32,000 bases of DNA. It comes from Candidatus Arthromitus sp. SFB-rat-Yit (GTDB taxonomy: Bacteria > Bacillota > Clostridia > Clostridiales > Clostridiaceae). Shown here piece by piece: positions 27,047 to 32,000 of the stretch; positions within the stretch are counted from its first letter, which is position 1; each line of letters opens with the position of its first letter. The DNA is taken from assembly GCF_000283555.1 (NCBI RefSeq), contig NC_016012.1:90001-122000 (forward strand), read 5' to 3'. The translations under genes were made by a program, and so were the position numbers. The notes below the pieces were generated by a model. That model was given only the letters and a program-made list of their open reading frames with translations, did no database searches and was not told where the DNA came from.

Positions 27047-29125
27047 ATGGATGTAAAATTAGATTATGAAATTGAGAAGAAATATTTAGATAATGTACTT
27101 GGTTATTTAAATGATAAGTTAAGTGAGTATGTAGAAAATAGAAAAAATATATCAGATTCTATTGTTGATTATAGGAAGAAATTTATAGAGGAATATAGAG
27201 ATGATGATGATAAAATAATAGATTACTTCGATCATGAAAATTATAAGAATGAACAGATATTTATGCTTGTTGAAAAAAAGATCAAGGAGATACTCTATCT
27301 AAAAAAAACTCCTTACTTTGGGAAGATTGTTATAAGTGAGGATGGGGAAGAGGAAAAATTTTATATAGGATCTTATGGATTTGATATTGGATTAGAACTC
27401 CCTTTAATAATTGATTGGAGAGCACCTATGGCTTCTTTATTTTATCAAGGGAGGATCGGAGAACTTAGCTATAAGATACCATCTGGAGAGGAGATTTGTG
27501 TTTCTTTAAATGAGAGAATACAATTTTTGATTAGAGATGGTAAAATAATTTCGATGTTTGATTCGGATATAGATATTAAGGATGAATTTTTAAAAGAGAT
27601 GCTATCTTTAAAATCCTCAAATAAATTAAAAAATATAGTTCAAACTATTCAGGTTAACCAAGATAAAATAATAAGGGAAGATAGAAACAAATCAATTGTG
27701 ATAAATGGTGTAGCAGGAAGTGGGAAAACTTCTGTAGCACTTCATAGAATAGCTTATCTTTTATATAATTTTAGAGATTATTTTGAAGATAGAGTTCTAA
27801 TATTGTGTCCAAATAAAATTTTTATGGAATATATATCTGCAGTTCTTCCATCTCTTGGAGAATATGGAGGAGTACATAGTTATACAAGTGAAGATTTTAT
27901 TTACTTAAGCACTGGTGGAAATTTAAATTTTAATTCTTATGATTCTCATATGGAAAAGATATTAAATGATAAAGAATATCTAGATGAATTCAAATTTAAG
28001 GGAAGTTATGAGATGAAGTGTGAGATAGATAAATTTATCTCATATGTTGAGGAGAATATAAATCTCGGAGGAGATATTTATTTTAGAGATGAACTTATTA
28101 TAAATTATGAAGAGTTAAATAGATTATTTTACGAATCTTTTAAGAGTCGTTCTATAGATGTAAGAATAAATCTGATAAAAAAGAGAATATTTGATAAGAT
28201 AAATAAAGTTAGAAACACATTTGTGCGTCAAATAAAGGATAAGTATAAGAGCATGAATACCGATTCGGATATGGAAAATTATTATGATATGCTTATGAGA
28301 AATGAAATATATGATGTGGTAAGAGATAGTAGTGATATAAAATCATCGTTGCATTATTTGAAATTAGAATCACCCTATGAATTATATAGAGAATTTTATG
28401 AGAGTTATTTTTCAAAGGATTTGGTTAATTTAGATTTTGGGGATTTAATACTTATAAAATATATAGATATTAATATTTATAGACCTAAGAAAGATCGTGA
28501 ATATAGACTTGTTGTAATTGATGAAGGTCAAGATTTTTCGTATATGTTTTATCAAGTTATAAAGATGTATACTGAGTCACCATCTTATTTAATAGTTGGA
28601 GATTTAAATCAAAGCATTATAAAATTTGAGGATAATTTTACTCATAGCACTCGTATATTTGAAAATAAAAAAGATTTTGAAATGCTTGATTCTTATAGAT
28701 CGACTAAAAATATAATCGATTATTCTTTGAAATATTTAAATGATCGAATTTCTGTAAATTCAATAAGAGATGGGGAAGATGTTACATATTTTGAATGTGA
28801 GTATGATGATATAAAGAAAATATTGATTGAAGCTATAAATAATTTAAAATCCAAGAATATAGGGATAATTGTTTTAGATAAAAGAATGATAAATAAAGTA
28901 CATGATATGATAAAATCTAATTTTTATATAAAGACGATTACAGATGAGGATCATGTTTATAGTGATAATGGAATATTTTTGACTACTGTATATTTTTCAA
29001 AGGGACTTGAGTTTGATTCTGTTATAGTTATTGATTCAGGGTTTGAGGATAATATTTTATATATAATGCTAACAAGAGCAATGCATGATGCTATTCATAT
29101 AAAGATAAAAAATGTAATACCTTAG
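27047..29125 (+). CDS. helD: HelD-like UvrD/Rep superfamily-1 helicase (probable RNA polymerase-associated helicase IV type)
   Basis: N-terminal HelD-type signature as I recall it (TPYFGKIVI...FYIGSYG...IIDWRAPMASLFYQG). SF1 motifs: I = INGVAGSGKTSVALHR, II = VIDEGQDFS, YRSTKNI, TVYFSKGLEFDSVIV, and VI = MLTRAMH. ATG 27047 follows AGAGGTG; the ORF-track GTG 27032 is an alternative. Confidence 0.85.
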   Translation: MDVKLDYEIEKKYLDNVLGYLNDKLSEYVENRKNISDSIVDYRKKFIEEYRDDDDKIIDYFDHENYKNEQIFMLVEKKIKEILYLKKTPYFGKIVISEDGEEEKFYIGSYGFDIGLELPLIIDWRAPMASLFYQGRIGELSYKIPSGEEICVSLNERIQFLIRDGKIISMFDSDIDIKDEFLKEMLSLKSSNKLKNIVQTIQVNQDKIIREDRNKSIVINGVAGSGKTSVALHRIAYLLYNFRDYFEDRVLILCPNKIFMEYISAVLPSLGEYGGVHSYTSEDFIYLSTGGNLNFNSYDSHMEKILNDKEYLDEFKFKGSYEMKCEIDKFISYVEENINLGGDIYFRDELIINYEELNRLFYESFKSRSIDVRINLIKKRIFDKINKVRNTFVRQIKDKYKSMNTDSDMENYYDMLMRNEIYDVVRDSSDIKSSLHYLKLESPYELYREFYESYFSKDLVNLDFGDLILIKYIDINIYRPKKDREYRLVVIDEGQDFSYMFYQVIKMYTESPSYLIVGDLNQSIIKFEDNFTHSTRIFENKKDFEMLDSYRSTKNIIDYSLKYLNDRISVNSIRDGEDVTYFECEYDDIKKILIEAINNLKSKNIGIIVLDKRMINKVHDMIKSNFYIKTITDEDHVYSDNGIFLTTVYFSKGLEFDSVIVIDSGFEDNILYIMLTRAMHDAIHIKIKNVIP

Positions 29126-29142
29126 AGTATTACATTTTTTAT
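29105..29142. repeat. Perfect 15-bp inverted repeat with an 8-nt spacer, spanning the overlapping stop codons of helD and the convergent orphan; possible weak bidirectional terminator
   Basis: ATAAAAAATGTAATA (29105-29119) / TATTACATTTTTTAT (29128-29142) with spacer CCTTAGAG. The spacer contains TAG (helD, 29123-29125) and TTA, which reads TAA on the minus strand (29122-24). The stem is almost all A/T, so hairpin stability is low. Confidence 0.6.
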
Positions 29143-30105
29143 TGTATTATCTATTAAATTTATAAATTTATCTTTAACAATACAATCTTTAAAATGATTA
29201 TTTAATATGAGGTGTTTATCTTTAATTTCCTTACATATTAGATTAAAAATTTTAAGATGATTGTTAAGCTCTTTTTTCATAGATAGTAGTTCTTCGTTTT
29301 TAAAATCTACGAGAAAATCTTTATCGTGTATTTGAATTCCTGGTATTTTATCATTAAATAATATGTTATTTGAAATTATGCATAAGTTTAAACTTGGGAC
29401 TTTTATGTGATCTATTGAGTTATCTAGAGAGTTTTTATAAATCTCATAACATAGATTTAAATTATTTGATTTGTTTAGTATCTCATCGATTAATAAATTT
29501 TTAAATATAGAGAAGTTGTCATTTAATATAAATAATTTGTTTTCCAGGGAGGGTAATTGACTTGAAAATGATTTAAAACCATTTATCCCACTTGATGAAA
29601 TTAAAAACTCTAAATTAGTTTTGTTATTTTCATATTGTATATTTTTAAATGTATTATTTAATAATTCATCTTTAAAATTTTGAAGTTTATTTATATTCAG
29701 ATATTTTGAGAGGGTTTTGGATATTAGTTTAAACATAGTATATATTTTATTTATCCACTCATTTAGAGTTATTAATAAAATCTCAAAATCTTCTTTTGTT
29801 TTTATTATATTGTAATTTTCCTTGTAATTAACAAATGAGTCTAGTTCAAGTAAATGAGCATCTTTACTTATAAAATTTGAAGTGCTTATCGATACATTTA
29901 AATCGGGAAGAATAATTTTGCATATGTGATTATTTATTAGTTTATCGTATAAATATAATTTTGGTGTTTTAAGATTATAGAGTTTATGGGAAATTATATT
30001 TAGAGATATATTTTTAATGTGATTATTTTTTGATTTTAAGTAAATTTTATTTTCATAATTGTCGCTTAAATTATTCAAGAATGATCTGTTTACATAGAAT
30101 GTCAA
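29122..30105 (-). CDS. Orphan 327-aa Asn/Lys/Ile/Leu-rich protein built from an internal duplication; possibly a degenerate tandem P-loop NTPase-like protein
   Basis: Uninterrupted 984-nt ORF. TTG start preceded by AAGAGGT with a 9-nt spacer. A perfect TATAAT on the minus strand (plus coordinates 30138-30143) lies downstream of the CDF terminator. Residues 8-78 and 178-248 align with identical 44-residue spacing (see finding). Confidence 0.72.
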   Translation of the reverse strand: MTFYVNRSFLNNLSDNYENKIYLKSKNNHIKNISLNIISHKLYNLKTPKLYLYDKLINNHICKIILPDLNVSISTSNFISKDAHLLELDSFVNYKENYNIIKTKEDFEILLITLNEWINKIYTMFKLISKTLSKYLNINKLQNFKDELLNNTFKNIQYENNKTNLEFLISSSGINGFKSFSSQLPSLENKLFILNDNFSIFKNLLIDEILNKSNNLNLCYEIYKNSLDNSIDHIKVPSLNLCIISNNILFNDKIPGIQIHDKDFLVDFKNEELLSMKKELNNHLKIFNLICKEIKDKHLILNNHFKDCIVKDKFINLIDNTIKNVIL

Positions 30106-30151
30106 GATATGATACCTCTTATAAAATTAATTACAATATTATAATAGTAAA

Positions 30152-30180
30152 TAAAAAAAATAAGGTGTTTTAAACACCTT
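30152..30180 (-). terminator. Intrinsic terminator of the CDF transporter gene (minus strand)
   Basis: The palindrome AAGGTGT...ACACCTT (30162-30180) overlaps the TAA stop and is followed on the minus strand by a T8 run (plus-strand A8 at 30153-30160). Confidence 0.7.
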
Positions 30181-31351
30181 AATTAAATGTATTATTTTTA
30201 AATATTTTGCAATCAAAGTCCTTATATTCATTTAGTACAAGCCGTTTACATTTATCTATGATATCAAAGTCAATTTTATTGTAAAATTCTTTTTTTAATT
30301 TAATTTCAAATAAAATAGTATCTCTTCCATTTTCATTTATTATCCTAAAATCTATAATTCTGCTTATCTCAATTACATTTTCCTTAATAATAGATTTAAC
30401 TTTATCATATATCTCAAGCGTTTTTTTGTTATATATATCTATTGGGTCTATATGTATAACGAGATGTATCATCATACTTTGTTCAATATCTTTCTCTATA
30501 GTATCTATTAGTGAGTGTACATCTACTAGAGTTAAATTAGAGGGTACTTCTGCATGTATGGATGCGATAGTTTTGTTCGGACCATAATTATGGACGATTA
30601 GGTCGTGTAATCCTAAAATATTTTCATAGTTTAATATCTTTTTTTTCAGTTCTTTAACAATCTCATCGCTAGGAGCTTCTCCAAGAAGAGAACTCACGGT
30701 TTCTTTTATGAGTAAAATTCCAGAATAAATTATAAATATCGATATAATAATTCCGGCATATCCGTCTAAGGATATTTTTGTAAAGTTTGACAATATAAGA
30801 GATATGCTTAAAATTGTTGTTGTTAAAGCATCGTAAAATGCATCAACAGATGTTGCCTTAAGTGATTTTGAATTTATTTTTTTAGATATCTTAAGATTTA
30901 TAAAAGCGATCCATATTTTTATAAAAATTGAGATTATTAAAATTATAAATAGAATTATGTTAAAATGTGTATTTTCTTTGCTTACTATCTTTTCGATAGA
31001 TGATTTTATAAAAGTAATTCCAATGAATATTACGAGGAATGAAACTATGAGAGATGATATATATTCATACCTACCATGACCTTGAGGATGCTCTTTATCA
31101 GCAGGTTTCATAGAAAATTTGAATGCTATAAGATTTATTATAGATGATGCAGAATCAGAAAGATTGTTAAATGCATCAGCTGTTATTGAAATACTTTTTA
31201 ATATTAATCCTATGAATAATTTTATTAAAAATAAAATTAAGTTTAAAACTATGCTTATTAAGCTACATAAAAGACCATAAGAAGAACGAACTTTTGGATC
31301 TTTAACATTTTGATAATCTTTTATAAATGTTTTAAATAAGAAGTTTAACAT
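30179..31351 (-). CDS. Cation diffusion facilitator (CDF) family metal exporter, MntE-like, with an extended C-terminus
   Basis: TM2 motif SITADAFNNLSDSASS, loop HPQGHGRYEY, and TM5 motif SVDAFYDALTT. Six hydrophobic helices plus a cytoplasmic C-terminal domain. AGGAAGG lies 6 nt before ATG 31351 (MLNFLFKTFIKDYQNVKDPKVR, a typical N-terminus for this subfamily). The ORF-track start 31393 lies upstream of the candidate -10. Confidence 0.9.
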   Translation of the reverse strand: MLNFLFKTFIKDYQNVKDPKVRSSYGLLCSLISIVLNLILFLIKLFIGLILKSISITADAFNNLSDSASSIINLIAFKFSMKPADKEHPQGHGRYEYISSLIVSFLVIFIGITFIKSSIEKIVSKENTHFNIILFIILIISIFIKIWIAFINLKISKKINSKSLKATSVDAFYDALTTTILSISLILSNFTKISLDGYAGIIISIFIIYSGILLIKETVSSLLGEAPSDEIVKELKKKILNYENILGLHDLIVHNYGPNKTIASIHAEVPSNLTLVDVHSLIDTIEKDIEQSMMIHLVIHIDPIDIYNKKTLEIYDKVKSIIKENVIEISRIIDFRIINENGRDTILFEIKLKKEFYNKIDFDIIDKCKRLVLNEYKDFDCKIFKNNTFN

Positions 31352-31383
31352 GTTAGACCTTCCTAAAATTTTATTTATATTAA

Positions 31384-31392
31384 AGTATAACA
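31384..31392 (-). promoter_or_regulatory. Candidate extended -10 element (TGTTATACT on the minus strand) for the CDF gene
   Basis: The reverse complement of 31384-31392 reads TGTTATACT (TGn + TATACT). It lies about 33 nt upstream of ATG 31351. The -35 is weak. Confidence 0.35.
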
Positions 31393-31422
31393 CTATATAG
31401 ATTTTCCTTAAATAAAAAATTA

Positions 31423-31450
31423 TTGACTAATATTGTTAAGAGAATATAAC
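31423..31450 (+). promoter_or_regulatory. Candidate sigma-A promoter for the aspartokinase gene
   Basis: TTGACT (31423-31428), a 16-nt spacer, then TATAAC (31445-31450). It lies about 48 nt upstream of GTG 31499. Confidence 0.35.
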
Positions 31451-31498
31451 ATTAAATTAAAAATATTTCTGAAGATGTTATTTTAAGGAGTGTATTGT

Positions 31499-32000
31499 GT
31501 GTCTATAGTTGTACAAAAGTATGGGGGAAGTTCCGTAAGTACGATTGAGAAAATTAAAAATATAGCGAAAAGTATAATAAAACGTGTAGAAAGTGGAAAT
31601 AAAGTTGTTGTTGTTGTTTCTGCTATGGGAGATACTACAGATGATTTGTTTTCTATGGCTAAAGAGATTTGTGAAAATCCAAATAAAAGAGAGTTGGATT
31701 CGCTTTTGTCAACTGGGGAGATAGTTTCTAGTTCTCTTTTAAGTATGGCCATAAATTCATTTGGATATGATGCTATAAGCTTAAATTCATTCCAGATACA
31801 GTTGAAAACTTCTGGGTCACATGGTAAATCATTGATTGAAGATATTAATCATGAAAAGATAGTTGAGCATTTAAATCAAGACAAGATAGTTATTATAGCT
31901 GGGTTTCAAGGTGTAAATGATAAAGGGGATGTAACGACTCTTGGACGTGGGGGGTCAGATACGACTGCAGTAGCACTTGCAGCAAAATTGAAATGTGATT
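31499..32000 (+). CDS. lysC: Aspartate kinase (LysC-like), N-terminal 167 codons; continues beyond the window
   Basis: Not in the ORF track because no stop is reached. AAGGAG (31485-31490) lies 8 nt before GTG 31499. My translation is [50 protein letters not shown]...[20 protein letters not shown], which carries classic aspartokinase motifs. The 89-aa minus-strand ORF 31483-31752 is its antisense shadow. Confidence 0.93.
   Translation, partial: MSIVVQKYGGSSVSTIEKIKNIAKSIIKRVESGNKVVVVVSAMGDTTDDLFSMAKEICENPNKRELDSLLSTGEIVSSSLLSMAINSFGYDAISLNSFQIQLKTSGSHGKSLIEDINHEKIVEHLNQDKIVIIAGFQGVNDKGDVTTLGRGGSDTTAVALAAKLKCD

Noticed and set aside
24067-30178. Idea that 24.1-30.1 kb is a horizontally acquired island or defence island
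   Set aside because: It has no integrase, transposase, flanking direct repeats or tRNA. I see no obvious shift in composition or codon style, and it contains housekeeping genes (lepB, helD). I treat it as lineage-specific chromosomal genes instead.
31352-31498. Lysine (L-box) riboswitch upstream of the aspartokinase gene
   Set aside because: The region is too short once the two divergent promoters are accommodated, and the conserved G-rich cores are absent.
31483-31752. 89-aa minus-strand ORF
   Set aside because: It is antisense to the aspartokinase N-terminus. The ORF track missed that gene because it runs off the window without a stop, but it is clear on the + strand.
1-32000. Scan for CRISPR arrays, tRNA/rRNA genes, IS elements and long tandem or dispersed repeats
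   Set aside because: None were seen. Intergenic regions are all 210 nt or shorter, and each is accounted for by terminators, promoters or RBSs.

Overview
This is 32 kb of a very AT-rich low-GC Firmicute chromosome (roughly 70% A+T by eye, not computed). The gene order is uvrB-uvrA-(SEDS + class B PBP)-uvrC-murB-rapZ-yvcK-whiA ... dnaE-pfkA-pyk, which I recognise from Clostridium-type genomes. That taxon call is inference from synteny and remembered protein similarity. I support 23 CDSs (21 on +, 2 on -; the first and last run off the window) plus one candidate 35-codon sORF. I also call several intrinsic terminators and a few low-confidence sigma-A-like promoters. I found no rRNA, tRNA, CRISPR array, IS/transposase, integrase or phage gene, and no known defence or mobile system. 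Most of the window is core housekeeping: nucleotide excision repair, peptidoglycan synthesis, the rapZ-yvcK-whiA trio, replication and glycolysis. The least explained stretch is about 24.1-30.1 kb. It holds an orphan secreted Gly/Pro/Ser/Asn-rich mini-protein, a 487-aa polyacidic low-complexity protein, and a signal peptidase I with a polyacidic N-terminal tail. It also holds a HelD-like helicase and a convergent 327-aa orphan. The orphan is an internal duplication and looks like a tandem P-loop NTPase with both Walker A motifs lost. The two convergent genes end inside a perfect 15-bp inverted repeat, so both proteins finish with the same peptide, IKNVI. Several ORF-track starts appear over-extended; I give RBS-supported starts instead. 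All family assignments rest on motifs read by eye, and no database search was possible.
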